Shown: piece after piece, positions 1 through 13,627 of the stretch
Position numbering within the stretch: position 1 is the first letter of the stretch
Layout of the letters: each line of letters starts with the position of its first letter
Source: Octopus vulgaris
Taxonomy: Eukaryota
Length of the DNA: 64,000 nucleotides
NCBI GenBank assembly: GCA_951406725.2
Contig: OX597825.1
Location: 52,204,001 to 52,268,000 of the forward strand
Direction: 5' to 3'
Notes under the pieces: generated by a model
Databases searched by the model: none
Seen by the model: only the letters and a program-made list of their open reading frames with translations
Told to the model about the DNA's origin: nothing
Translations under genes and position numbers: made by a program

Positions 1-336
1 GGAAAAATTTCAGTACCTAGACTAAGTGGAGAGGGACAGTGAAGATGATCGCAGTTTAGACATATCTTATTTTTAAATAATATCTGTTTTTCTTCAGTCC
101 CTATCTCTTGTTGTGTCTTAGAGGTGTGTGATTGTGTGAGGCAGGGTCGTTATGCCAATAAGGATAAATATGCACACTGGTGTTAATTATTCTTGGTGTA
201 ATGATCCTCCCAATATAAAAGATTTGCTTCAATTCCAATTTCACATCAAGGTTCATGCATACCAACAGCAAATTTGAAGTATTTATTTCTCTATATCTAC
301 TTAACATTCTTTAAGAAGTTTTATCTTGATACACAA

Positions 337-373
<37 letters not shown>

Positions 374-807
374 TACATACATGCATACATATATACATAC
401 ATACACACATACATACATATGTTTATTATATCAAAGGTTGGAAATCTTTGCAAATTTTCACTCTAGGCTTGGCTCTCCATCACCTTGATGGAGAGCCAGG
501 GTCAGGCCTGGAGATGAGTGGACTGTCAATCTTTCATATGATAAACGTGTCTACCTATCTGTCTGTGTATCTATCTATCTGTCTGTCTGTCTGTTTATCT
601 ATCTATCTGTCATCTATCTATCCATCTGTCTGTCTGTCCGTTTATCTATCTATCATGTATATATGTATGTGCTTGTGTGTGTGTGTGTGTGTGTATGAAA
701 TGGCTTTATTGTACCTCCTATTTTTATATAACATTTTATCCTACCACTCATTTTTGTAACCCTGTATAAACATATGATTGCACTCTTGTGGCAACTAAAG
801 AATACAT

Positions 808-899
808 CATCATCATCATCATTGCCATCATCATCATCAGTAACAACAACAGCAACAACAATAATAATGATAATAATAATAATGATAATAATAATAATG

Positions 900-951
<52 letters not shown>
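808..951. repeat. Compound trinucleotide microsatellite (CAT)n/(CAA)n/(AAT)n
   Basis: Direct reading; it explains the poly-I/poly-N/poly-L ORFs at 748-980. Confidence 0.95.
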
Positions 952-952
<1 letters not shown>

Positions 953-2034
953 TTCATTTTCATTATTTCAATATAGTTAAATATATTGGGAATTCAATTC
1001 CAGCTAATATTATTCTTCAACTGTAATTATAGTCGAACACTAAAATGGGCGGCATTCAAATTGATTTTTATAATCTTTATTTATGATGAATCAGGCATTA
1101 CATGCGAGCAAGTCAGTGAGATTTAGTTTTCTTAAATCATTGTGAAGAATATAGTTTTGAATGGAATCTAATATTGGTTTGTATTGACAGATGATATTTT
1201 GTTGAACTAGAACACATTCAGAGAACATCAAATGCTTAAAAATAACTCAGCTCAGAAAAGGGTAGAATGGGTGCATAACTAAGAACTTTGGGTAGTGTTG
1301 ACCAGTGTTTAGAATAAATTACGTAAAGGGACATTTTAAAAAGAAGATTTAATTTCTGGTCAATGCCACTTAAAATAGAAATGTTTGGCTCTATAAAATA
1401 TCTGTCTTTTATGAAGAAGAATATTTGAAAAGTTTATAAATACATTTCATAAACTTGAAATCTGTGTGATAGGTTGACTGTGATTGAGGTTATCAATAAA
1501 AGATTTCCGATATATTATGGTTGGTTCTGTTCAGATCACATTGAGAAGTCAACAAGAACAACAACAGCAACAACAAATACATCAATCATGTACCATTGCA
1601 AAAACTCTTCATTTTATTTCATTGAAGAACGCAATAGAATGGATTAGAAGAGAATAGAATATCTTTAGCTTTTTTTGTTGATTATGTTTAGTCATAGATT
1701 AACTCTGATCAAGCAGACTTATGATAAAATGCTTTCCATCCTTGACCATCCATTATATTTTATATACCTATGGCAACATTGCTTATTGTGCCATCTTCTA
1801 TGAGGACAGTAAATTAAGATTTGAGAGAATTTACTTCTGTTTTTAACAAATCAAGCCTGTCACATACAGGCTCCCTTCTTGGTTCTAATGCACTGAAGTC
1901 ACTGCTCCATGTAATTCCTACCCCTTCAATGACTCAGGTACACTGAAGGGAAAAAAGAAACCCATGTCCTAGGAAAGTAGTAATGGCCTGCATCTGTAAA
2001 AGTTAAAGTTCCCATAGGTGCTTGGCCTCAGAAT

Positions 2035-2345
2035 CACTACACGGCAGCTGACCTCAGTGTTGCTACTTGGTAGCTGACCTCTGTACTACAACATGGAGGC
2101 TGACTTCTGTGTTACAGCATGATGGCTGAACACAGTACTGCTACATGGTAAGTGGACTTGTATTGCTACATGGTGAGTCGATTCACAGTGAAGGGGGGTA
2201 CTCAGTCTCAGTGTCACCACATGGCAGCTAGTCTCAGTATGGTTCTATGACACCTGAATTCATTTCACTACATAGTGACTAGATTCAGTATCAGTACATG
2301 ATGGGTGACCTCACTACAGCTGATTTTAGTCCTGTTTCCACTACA
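2035..2345. repeat. Degenerate ~26-bp minisatellite
   Basis: Successive units gctgacctcagtgttgctacttggta / gctgacctctgtactacaacatggag / gctgacttctgtgttacagcatgatg / gctgaacacagtactgctacatggta. Confidence 0.7.
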
Positions 2346-3444
2346 TTGCTTCCACAAACAGTGATATCTGTTTGGTAGTCAAACCAAATGGACAGCTATT
2401 GGAACCATTTCAAATCTCATGCTCTCTCTCTCAAAGTGTCTGCTCCCATCATTGTTGTATGTTCTGGTCCTTGATCCATTATTCAAACAAGAGATGCTAA
2501 GGGCATCCTGATTAAACTTAGATACTGGAAAGCACATGTGGGTGATATCACTGTGATAAAATCAGGAGTATAAGGCTTTAACAAGAGCATTTATCAACCA
2601 TGAACAATTGGTAACCTTGCAACTCAGTAACCTGTTCACACTAGCTATCATCATGGTCTGCTGGACCTTCAAACCTAATAAGATGCTTTAGGTTTGATTA
2701 TGACCAGACCTCCAGGTGGATATGCATTTAGAGTATGGTAATTGCAGTGTTGGTCTCACTCAGCAGTTATTAAGAGAATGCAATCCTTGAAAGTTGGGGC
2801 AGATGTGGAGAACACATACATTGTATACCTCACCTTCCTACAATTTTCCTGACAGCAAACTGGAGGATTGGCTCTCTTGTTGCCGACATCTTGTGGAAAG
2901 GGCACCTTCCACAAATCAGACAATATATATCCTACTCACAACTCTGCGTGGAGGGCTCAGTATTCTATGATTGATACACTCAGACATAGACTAAGACAGC
3001 AGCTTCTACAGAAATTCTTTAGTGATGAATGGTTATAATCACCATTAGTTAGACATACTTTTTGAAATTGTCTTTCAGATAGAAATACAGTTTTGGATCA
3101 AGCAAAAATTAAGATAAGGTGCCTAGAATCTGAAACGCTGTCAAATGTTTACCATTCTCAATCAGTCAGGTAATACAGTAGGTGGAAATTTATCCCTTGC
3201 ATTCAATAGATTGATGGTGGATGGAAAGGAATATTCTCAAGGAGACAAAACATGCTGAAGATCAACTGAACTGTGTATAACTGAGGACTATGGCTTTTTT
3301 TTTTGAAATCTGTGGATTTGTAATGATACCAAAGTAGAGGGAATTTTAGTACAGGATAAATTCCAGCAGCACAGAAGAGCTGTCAGCCAGAGCCTGTCTG
3401 AAATGCATGCAAAGCACCAAAACAGCTCTCCATGTATTGACTTT

Positions 3445-3649
3445 TAATCTTTTACTTGTTTCAGTCATTAGACTGTGACCATGCAGGGGCAATACCTTGA
3501 AGAATATTTTGGCAAGGGAATCAACCCCAGTATTTATTTTTTGTTAAGCCTGGTACTTATTCTATTAGGCTTTGTTTCTGAACCACTAAGTTATGGGGAC
3601 CAAGATCAATTGTCAAGTGATAGTGGGGTACAAACACAGACACACACGC

Positions 3650-3692
<43 letters not shown>

Positions 3693-3850
3693 TGAGGGGT
3701 TTCTTTCAGTTTCCATCTACCAAATCCACTCACAAGGTTTGATCAGCCCAAGGCTATCATAAAAGGCATTTGCCCAAGGTGCCATGCAATGGGACTGAAC
3801 CCCAAACTATGTGGTTGGGAAGCAAGCTTCTTATCACACAGCCACTCCGG
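3445..3850 (-). mobile_element. tRNA-derived SINE, family A (internal microsatellite; tail ...atgactgaaacaagtaaaag)
   Basis: Reverse complement matches the + strand copy at 37786-38190. Confidence 0.85.
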
Positions 3851-4262
3851 CATCTTATTTGGTGTTCAAGCATCGAGGACTTAAGGATATATCAGTTGTG
3901 AAAGATCTTCATTGATTGTGTTTAGAATGATGAAAATTTTAAAAAACTTTGCATAGGCCTCTGAGCAGGTATCGCCAAGCTTTTGGTGAAATTTAATGAA
4001 GATTCTCTGCTGAACTTCCTCTGTCATAATCTATGTAACGATCACACATTACACACCTCCATTCCCAGCACTGCTGTAAAGAGCAGAAGTGAGCTAGAAT
4101 GTTAAAACTTAATGTGCATGCACAGCAGTGTTCAAGGTCAGTCTGTACCAAGTGGCTTTACTCTGCATGCTTTAGCTTCATTACTATGGCAACAGTCCAG
4201 ATACTTGTTGATCAGACCACGTATGTATACATGTTAACATATCTGCATATATATAAATCTTT

Positions 4263-4440
4263 ATCATCATCATCATCATCATCATCATCATTTAATGTCT
4301 GTTTTCCATTCTGGCATGGATTGAACAGTTTGACTGAGGTCTGGAGAGGCAGTGGCTGCACCAGGTTCCAGTCTCATCTGGCAATGTTTCTACAGCTGGA
4401 TGCCCTTCCTAACACCAACCATTCCGAGAGTGTAGCGAGT
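4263..4440 (-). mobile_element. RTE LINE 3' end fragment with (GAT)n tail
   Basis: Reverse complement matches 58850-59013 (ggttggtgttaggaagggcatccagctgtagaaa...gatgatgat). Confidence 0.85.
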
Positions 4441-5113
4441 GCAGAAGGTTGAAAAGAAACACACAAGTTGATATGTATAAGGAAAATAAGACAAGGTAGA
4501 AAATTCTAAAATAATTTTATCATGAAGAACATTTTAGTACTGTTTTCAGTCTTTGTGACAAATTAGAGTAATGCATGAAAAAACAATTAAATTGTGGAAA
4601 AATGAAATGAAAAGTTTTGTTTTAATATTTCCATAGGTTTCAAATGCAAGAGACGTTTTCCTTTTTTCTGTCTGTCTCTGTCTCTCTTTTCTACTCATGT
4701 GAGTTCTTGGTAGTAGGTAGCAGTTAATAGTAGTCCTAATATTTGATATGAATTCTTGGTTTTGATTGTTTAAGCAGCAGTAGTAGATAGACATTTCAAC
4801 CCCCGTCTATAAGGAGTTACCAACGAAATTTTCGTTCCAACAATCTACTAAACAACCACACCACAACAAACCTGTACCACACATAATAATTACCAATGAC
4901 AGCCCCCTGAAACACCACATCCAAACATGGGATATAGAGACACGCCTTTTAATACCCTTCCAAGAACCCACACTATAAATCACAACAGGGCACTCCACAA
5001 CAACAAGGAACAACTACAAAACAGCTACTGTCCCACTCACCTTAATCATTTTTAGACCCAATACGCAAACACAGAGATACAAGAAAGCACCAGACAGACA
5101 GGAGGAACCAAAA

Positions 5114-6620
5114 GTGATAAAAATCATCAACCTAACTCACGAAGAACTAACAGCAAACCAAATCAACATACTCTCCAAAGGGCTCAAGTTTACCCTCACC
5201 CAACACCCCAACTACAATGAAATGAAAGAAGACATCATGGAATTCTATAGAAAATTACAACTCACTGAGGAACTATACGACAAATACAACAAGGACTAAT
5301 CATTAGTCCAAAGTAGAAGTAACTACACCCCTTCAAAAGGTAAGAACAAAAGTTTTGATCATTTCTGTGAATACATCACGCATTACCCATATCAACATAT
5401 ACACAAATAAAAGCACAAACCAAACTTCAGCAAAAAAGAATGGGCTGAACTGAACAAATTAAAAGATGATAAACAATAACAATCAAGGAGGCTGATACAC
5501 GGAGTGCAGTTGTCTTAATGGACACAGTATTCTATATAACTCTAGTACTATCCATATTAGAAGACACAGCATATTATGAAAAGGTTCAACACTACAGTCA
5601 GCAGAAAATAATGAGAAACCTAAAATCCATGTTAAATCTATACAGAGAAGGACTACCCAACAAGGAACACGATTATATGACCAACTTCAAAAGTAAATCC
5701 AATCAGTTCTACAGTATCCCTAAGATACACAAAAGTGAGAAAATAAGTAATGCATACAGGATAGCCACAGACATGATAATCAAGGTCCCTAATCCTAATG
5801 ACCTCAAATTAAGACCTATAACAGCAGGTCCTGCATACAAAGCCCAGTGCCTCAGTAACTTTTCAGATACCCTCTTAAAACCCATTCCTCAAGCATGTCA
5901 AAAGCTACATAAGGGATGACTTAAATATGCTCAATCACCTCCCTAAAACAATAAACAAAAATATCCTACTAGTATCCTTGATATAGTCAACCTCTATTCT
6001 AATATCCACACCCTCCCCCACCAACCTAGGAATTGAGGCAGTTCAATTCTGGCTAGAGAATTACTCCAATAAACTGCCACATCACATAAAAAAAAGAATT
6101 CGTAATGGAAGAGCTAAAATTCATCTTGGAGAATAACTACTTTGTCTTCACACAAGCCCAAAATGCTCGACAACACTGAAGCCATCAGCAAAAAAATGTG
6201 GAAGACCTAACTGTGGTATATGTGTCAGCTTAATTGAGGGATAGGAGTTTTCTTTCAAACAGAGTCAACGTGTTACAGTGAACAGCAACTTCACACGTTC
6301 TTTGGAGAACCTAATATATGTATTAACTTTTTCTGGGTGTCGAGAGCAATACATAGACCAAATCAAAAACAGTCTACATCAAAGGATGGCTTTACATAGA
6401 TCCTAAATCAAAATTTGAGAATACCGAAAAATAGTATTCAGCAAACACATCGACATTTATGCCAATAACAAACAACCCAGCTTCAGAAATTTTACCCTCT
6501 ATAAATTCATGGACAATGCAACCTGTAGTCAGTGCATTAGTAAAGTGTCATATTTTATCACAAAATATAAACCCCTTTTGAATGTGTCCACCACAAATGA
6601 TACTATTACAGGGGCCTTAG
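5114..6620 (+). pseudogene. Penelope-like RT / GIY-YIG endonuclease remnant (stops, frameshifts, RT core deleted near 6150)
   Basis: ORF fragments 5114-5299 and 5518-5919 plus hand translation of ~5960-6010 and ~6195-6400; no YxDD motif seen between them. Confidence 0.85.
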
Positions 6621-6799
6621 AATAATACCCACGCAAATATTAAAAATAACATATTCAGAACAGTCACTACCCATGAATTTATTCAGAACAATTCCAATCA
6701 CTACTATTACAACCACAACGGGTCACTTTTTGATCACTTGCGCATTTAAGAGGATTTCACCAACATCCTGCAACTGTCATACCACTCCCACATTTTTCT

Positions 6800-6933
6800 T
6801 CTTCATCTCCTCCTCCTCCTCCTCCTCCTTTTTCTTCTTCTTCTTCTTCTTCTTCTTCTTCTTCTTCTTCTTCTTCTTCTTCTTCTTCTTCTTCTTCTTC
6901 TTCTTCTTCTTCTTCTTCTTCTTCTTCTTCTTC
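6800..6933. repeat. (TCC)n/(TTC)n microsatellite
   Basis: Direct reading. Confidence 0.95.
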
Positions 6934-7543
6934 ACCACCACCTCCTTTCCCAACTACTACTGCTGTTTAAACAATCAAAACTAAGAATCCATATCAAATA
7001 TTAGGACTACTACTAACTGCTACCAACTACCAAGAACTCACATGAATAGAAAAAAAAGGAAAATGTCCCTTGCATTTGAAAACTTATGGAAATATTTAAA
7101 AAACATTTCATTTACTTTTTTCTCAATTTAATTGTTTTTCATGCTTTACTCTAAGTTGAAAAAGTTGCAAAGGCTGAAACCGGTACTAAAATGTTCTTCA
7201 TGATAAAATTATTCTAGCATTTTCTACCTTGTCTTATTTTCCTTATATATATGTATGTATATATATGTGTATCTGTGAACAAGTGTGTGCCTGTGTGTGT
7301 ATGCGCATATGTGACTTTCAATGCTTATGTGTATTTATGTAGCAGTACATATGTAAATGTATGTGTCTGTTTATTTGTCTACATAATTTTCTACATGCCT
7401 GTCTACATACCTTTGTGTAAGTATGTATGTAAGTTTGTGTAGATGTGTGTGAGTGTATATGCATGTGGCAGTATGTATATGTCTGTGTGTGTATACATGT
7501 ATGTATCTGTTCACAGGATCTTGTGAGTGTACATAAACAGAAG

Positions 7544-7545
<2 letters not shown>

Positions 7546-7628
<83 letters not shown>
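7546..7628. repeat. (TG)n microsatellite
   Basis: Direct reading. Confidence 0.95.
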
Positions 7629-7630
<2 letters not shown>

Positions 7631-8852
7631 CATCAGGGAATAGAAAACATGAGAATTCCTTGAAAACCTTAAAATCCTTAGTGTACAAGAATTAAGGCAA
7701 CAAGAGAATGATATTAATTAAGGGAGATTGGTTCTCCAGAACTAAAATAGAATTGTTAATTAAATTGTAGAGGAATGGGATTTGACACCTCTCATTTGTA
7801 GAGTGTTTTTTATATTCTTGGATTTGAAGGAAAAAACTACAAACAAAACAAGTTAATAATTCTTGCATTTATTCCAGATACTTGGCAGAAATGAATCCCA
7901 AAATTCAATGTTTAGTGATGTGACATGGATGATGATAAAATTGAGAATGCATATGGGGGTGGAGAGAATAACAGAAGGGTGAGAAGTGGCTAAAAATGAG
8001 GGTAAGCTGTTGCACAGCAAAAACAATAATATGGTTGTCTACTCTGCTAGAAATAACAACCAAATTTCCCCTATATATCACACTTGATCGACTTTGGATA
8101 TAGTGAAAAGGTAGGATGAACAGGGCTGGAATTTGTTTGATCAGTGGTCTGCTTGATCTGAGCTGAGTTGGACCTAAACATCAGGAATAGTGAAGTACCA
8201 GATGAAATACCTTGTAGTTACTTATGTTGGCTAACATGCTGAATTCAAATTTTGCTAGGGTGTGCCTTAAGTTTTATCACTCTCAGAGCAATAATACAAT
8301 ACTAGGAATTGATTGAGAAAACTATATAGGACTGTGTTAGTTCACTGAAGTCTGACCTTTGGGATTCATTTATATTAACTAGATAGTGTTACTTCACTAG
8401 AAACTGATTTTGAGGATACATTTGTGCCAATAAAACAAGCTTCATTATTTCTGATTTTTTTTTCCAACTTCATTAACAACTGTTTAATTTTATCTCAAAA
8501 TATGAAAATGACACAGCAGATGAGAGTCAACTGTCAACTACCACAACAAGCAAACATCTTGCAGAGAATTAGTGAAGCTTTGAGAATGTTACAGGAAAAT
8601 GGATAACATAAGAGAAGAGAGCTGCCAGTACAAAGATTGTGAATTCAATTTAAATGCATGTGTGTGTGTGTGTGTGTGTGTTACCCTGACAATATTCAGA
8701 AAAGAGAAACGTGTAGTTCTGTCACTGTACAATACTCCTACAACAAAATGACACTCTTATCATGACCCGATACACATATTTAAGGCTTCATGCTATAGCA
8801 ATTACACTTTTGATACAGCTTGGATCGTATATTCTTGCATTATTCTCCTGAT

Positions 8853-9177
8853 GTGAAGGTACGTGGCTTAGTGGTAAGGGCATTCGGCTCAAGATCGTAA
8901 GGTCGTGAGTTCGATTCCTGGCGACGTGTTGTGTCCTTGAACAAGAGACTTTATTTCACGTTGCTCCAGTCCACTCAGCTGGCAAAAATGAGTTGTACCT
9001 GTATTTCAAAGCGCCTGCCTTGTCACACTCTGTGTCACGCTGAATCTCCCTGAGAACTACGTTAGGGGTACGTGTGTCTGTGGATTGCTCAGTCACTTGC
9101 ATGTTAATTTCATGAGCAGGCTGTTCCATTGGCCGTATCAGCTGGGACCCTCATCATCGTACCCGATGGAGTGCTCC
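8853..9177 (+). mobile_element. tRNA-derived SINE, family B, with 12-bp target-site duplication
   Basis: A box tggcttagtgg, B box gagttcgattcc, CORE-like gtgttgtgtccttgaacaagagactt; TSD tattctcctgat at 8841-8852 and 9178-9189. Confidence 0.88.
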
Positions 9178-9249
9178 TATTCTCCTGATATAATACAAGC
9201 TGTCATCAAGTATTGGTCTGACATAGCATTATGGTCTTGCCTTGACACC

Positions 9250-9471
9250 TCTTTTACTCTTTTACTTGTTTCAGTCATTTGACTGTGGCCATGCTGGAGC
9301 ACTGCCTTTAGTCGAGCAAATCGACCCCAGGACTTATTCTTTGTAAGCCTTGTACTTATTCTATCGGTCTCTTTTGCCGAACTTCTAAGTTACAGGGTCG
9401 TAAACACACCAGCATTGGTTGCCAAGCGATGTTGGGGGGACAAACACAGACACACAAACATACACACACAC

Positions 9472-9522
<51 letters not shown>

Positions 9523-9645
9523 TACAATGGGCTTCTTTTAGTTTCTGTCTACCAAATCCACTCACAAGGTTTTGGTCGGCCTGAGGCTATAGTAGAAGAC
9601 ACTTGCCCAAAGTGCCACGCAGTGAGACTGAACCCGGAACCACAT
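9250..9645 (-). mobile_element. tRNA-derived SINE, family A
   Basis: Close match to the reverse complement of 37786-38190. Confidence 0.88.
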
Positions 9646-9667
9646 CACTAATTGTCAACTAAGTGGA

Positions 9668-9890
9668 TTCATCATCATCATCATCCTCAATATTTAACGT
9701 CCTTTTTCCATACTGGCATGGGTTGGATGGCTGAAAAGGAACTGGCCAGGCCAGAGGGCCACACCAAGTTCCATAGTTTGGTTTGGCTTACTGTCTACAG
9801 CTTAGTTTCTTAGAGCCAATCACTTTACAGCATGTACTGGGTGCTTTTTATATGGCACCATCACCAGTGCTTTTTTCATGTGGCACCAGA
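9668..9890 (-). mobile_element. Diverged RTE LINE 3' end fragment
   Basis: catcatcat...tttaacgtcc...catgggttggatgg...gtgctttttatatggcacc. Confidence 0.7.
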
Positions 9891-11518
9891 AGCCACATCA
9901 ATGCTTGCTGCTAATATGTTCTTCCAACAGCAGTTAGTTAAAACACTTATGGCATGACGACACAGTAACAAAAAAATTATATTCTTCATATGTCTGCTTA
10001 ATCCTGCCACAACAGTGAGCATGATCTAAGATAGCATACTTCTAATATGACACTGTACACCATCTATATAGTAAACTGATATGACACTGACCAACTAATG
10101 TAGTGTACTCCTACTCTGACATTGTACTCTTCATGTAAAACAGTACATCAGCTAATATAGTATACTCCTGACTCAGCTCCTAATTTTTGATATGATAGCA
10201 TACTCCTGCTATAGTCACTCACTACTGTGATGATGGCACATGACAGCAGTGATACTCCTTAACTTTATCAATAATAAAAGAATACACTGCTGAAATAAAA
10301 TTTATTGTAAATGTCACAAATTGACCAATCACAGATCATAATTCAATCACACAAAATAAACCAAGGCAACCACGGTAGATCATTGTATTTTGCATCTGAC
10401 ATTCATATACATACTCTCATATTGTTACATTTTACATACAAACACATATATGTGCATTTTATGCATATGTACATTTTATGCTTTTACATATACACAGACA
10501 CCCTCTCACACATGCACAGGCAAACATACAAATATTATTACATTTTAAGCTCACACAAACATTAACACATGCAAATACAGACAGATACACACACATACAC
10601 ACATAAGCATATAAACACAGATGCACATATTCACACTTGCAAATTCAAATACACACACCCAGAAAGATCACCAATGCATAAAATAAAATGTTGTTAATGC
10701 TAAACTCTTTCTTCTGCTCCATCTTCATATTTAACCACATAAACCATCCTCGTTCCTCCCCCGCCCCTATTTTCTTTAGATTTTCTGAGAACCATAGAAA
10801 AGTTTTATGACCAGATACTTTCATTGATAACAGGGAATTGAAGTGGTTTGTTTATGACACTTTTCATTGCAGTGGCATGATTGAACAGAATATTTCATGC
10901 CGACAGATTGAGAAGTGAAACAGCCCTGTAAGGACAAAGACATGTATATTAATGGTAGTGGCAATATTTCCACATCAGCTGATGTTTCGTCATAAACTTC
11001 ATCATACAGTGTTCAATATATTACTATCACCCTCTGCTTAAACAATTTAGCCATATTTTAGCAGCCAAGTCTACATGTAAGCTATATTATTTATTAGTTC
11101 GTCAACCTATTTTGGTTAGAAATAATGTTAAATTCTTCCTGTACAGACTCACCTGCTTATATATATTCTAATCTACACTAGCTTATCAGAGATCATCTTA
11201 CACATCAGATATTAACCACCATTAAATCAAATTTAGGCCATATTTTAGAGCTATCTTACAACATAACATTATTTATTCCATCAATCTTACGTAGGTTAGT
11301 CTGTTAGATTGTTTTTATTTTTTTGAGTCTTTTTAAACCAAGAGATTTGTCTAAGCACATTCACCTGCACATTGCATTATTAAAGTTTTTATAATATCAT
11401 ATGTCTTTACTCTGCCATTTTATATTCTGAGGTGAAATACCTCTGAAGTTGACCTTGCATTTCATATGTAAATAAGCTACTTAAGAAAGTATGTGTCAAG
11501 TATTAAGGTCAGGAGCAT

Positions 11519-11592
11519 AGGCACAGGAGTGGCTGTGTGGTAAGTAGCTTGCTTACCAACCACATGACTGAAACAAATAAAAGAGTAAAGAG
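11519..11592 (+). mobile_element. Internally deleted family-A SINE (head fused to tail)
   Basis: ggagtggctgtgtggtaagtagcttgcttaccaaccacATG joined directly to actgaaacaaataaaagagtaaagag. Confidence 0.85.
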
Positions 11593-12804
11593 TCAACTGA
11601 TTGTTCTCCTCTCCAAAAAGGGGTGACCCTATGACTATTTCTCAAGTCATCCTTATGTCTTTTTTTGATTCTAGACTTCAAGAATTTTTAGTCCATCATA
11701 TTGACCCCAGTTCTTTCTCATTTCAGTTGTTTCTTATCTTATTGATTTCCTTATATTCAGTTGTTCAGTCAGTTTAATTAACTGCACATTAAACTAGTGT
11801 GCATGTGGCTGAGTATTCCAGTGACACATGTACCATTGACATAATTTTTAGTCTGAATTAGTATGACACAGTGTGTGACATGGTTGCGAAATGAAATTAA
11901 CTCTTTGAACATACTGCATCTACACACATACACTTGGCATGCACATGCATCCATGAGTGTATGCATGTATTCATATTTCAACTGGGATAACACTTAACAT
12001 TTTGACTGGATGCTTCAGGGCACTGGGAGAAATCGGATATAAATGGAAGCATGATTTACAGAAATCATCAAGCAGACAGACCTGAAGAGAATTAAGGCAA
12101 ATAAGCAATAGACATCACCATCCAACGATATCAGTTTCCTAAATGAAGGTGATGAGGTTCCTCGGAGAAAAAGAAGCTGTAGGAGACCTGCTTTTTCATT
12201 TCATGTTAAATGTTTCCCTGGAAGATGCAAGTGAATCTGTTGGTTAAACACAATTTTCTTTAAGAAGTGGCAGATCATTGTGGGCAAATTCAAAATACCT
12301 TGGGAAGACAAATGACAAATACTTCTCATCTGCTGGAGAAAACCAAATATCAGGATCTGATACATGAAGCTCTGATCCATATATTGCACACAGCTCCATT
12401 TCTAGTGAAGCTGGTTACTATGGTTTCTCAACAAAATCAGTGCATTATTTTTTGCGAAGGACTGCTTAAGACCTCAAAGAATTAAAGACAGTTATCAAGA
12501 AGATAGCCATGGCACTAAGACCAGGTCAATGGTTGAGGTTGACAAGAGACTGCAGATAGAACCCTTCTGCTGGCAGAGCTTAATTTGGTCCTCATCAGCT
12601 CACTCAGGCAAAGTGTAAAAGTGTATTACTACCACTTCTAATGGAAAAATTAGACCAAGTTTCATTTCCACTTGCATCTCCCAATGACAGACTTGGCACA
12701 AAATGAAAAACAGACCTCTCACAGCTTCTTTTACCTTAAGAACCTTATCAACTTCCTTTAGGAATGTGATGGATTTGGGTAGCCTTAACTCGTGCATGTG
12801 CATG

Positions 12805-12849
<45 letters not shown>

Positions 12850-12852
<3 letters not shown>

Positions 12853-13154
12853 TCCGAAACGCGCGTCTATGGATAATCGGATATTGATTGATTTTCGTTA
12901 CATTACCCTCTGCCTGGATGAATAAGATTCAAGTATTATGGTTTCTCTGGTAGACCCTTTTATTAAGTAGAAGAAATGGCTTAGATTTTGGCTGCTATTT
13001 CTGAACTTCGGTATGTGGTGATGCATTTCTTTTGCTGACCCCTCAATATTAGTATTACTAGAATTTACCGTATAACGGTCCTGTTTTCATACCGAATTCT
13101 ACTTGGTGAAATTTATTGATTACTTCGTAATTAATTAGTTTTACCCTTAATTGC

Positions 13155-13155
<1 letters not shown>
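12850..13155 (+). mobile_element. Probable Penelope-like pLTR fragment within (TA)n, carrying the 3' half of a minimal hammerhead motif
   Basis: Begins ccGAAACGCGCGTC and is flanked on both sides by (TA)n; no upstream CTGANGA core is present. Confidence 0.5.
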
Positions 13156-13186
<31 letters not shown>

Positions 13187-13595
13187 CACACTCATGTCTG
13201 ACCCATGCCAGCCTGGAAAAAGGGATGTTAAATGATGATGGTATATCAAATTCTTGCTAACTTATTACTTGTATATATGAATATGTATATGTGCATGTGC
13301 ACATATATTTTATGTGTGTATTGTGTAAGATTAAATAACTGTAATTTCATCATGTACCATGAAACATCCTTAAGCACATACAACAAAAATGTCACTAATA
13401 CCACCTACAATTTTACACCATAGCAACTTTCACCAACACTATCAGTACACCAACATGCTATTAACATCAACAACAGCACCTTCCCATACCAACTTCACCA
13501 CTGTTACTAATACCTATATGAATACCATTACTACCCACACAACTCCAAATGACACCGGCATCACAAGATCCAACATTCGTGTCGGCACTACTGCC

Positions 13596-13627
<32 letters not shown>

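Larger units (their letters stand above)
4476..7247 (+). mobile_element. Decayed Penelope-like retroelement (GIY-YIG type) with inverted terminal repeats
   Basis: PLE N-terminal motif NLTHEELTANQINILSKGLKF; RT motifs FYSIPKIHK, LRPITAGPA, DIVNLYSNI; CGRPNCGIC; GIY-YIG remnant NLIYVLTFSGCREQYIDQ...QRMALHR; ~300-bp inverted repeats 4476-4786 / 6954-7247. Confidence 0.88.

Noticed and set aside
274-980. ORFs rich in HT, YI, CV, poly-I, poly-N or poly-L, here and throughout the window
   Set aside because: These are translations of microsatellites and SINE interiors with no domain signal
2380-3420. Ancient LINE coding remnants (also ~21050-21520 and ~51000-51350)
   Set aside because: Only faint motif echoes; family and boundaries cannot be supported without a profile search
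8853-8930. tRNA gene
   Set aside because: A and B boxes are present, but there is no complete cloverleaf, and it continues into a SINE body flanked by a TSD
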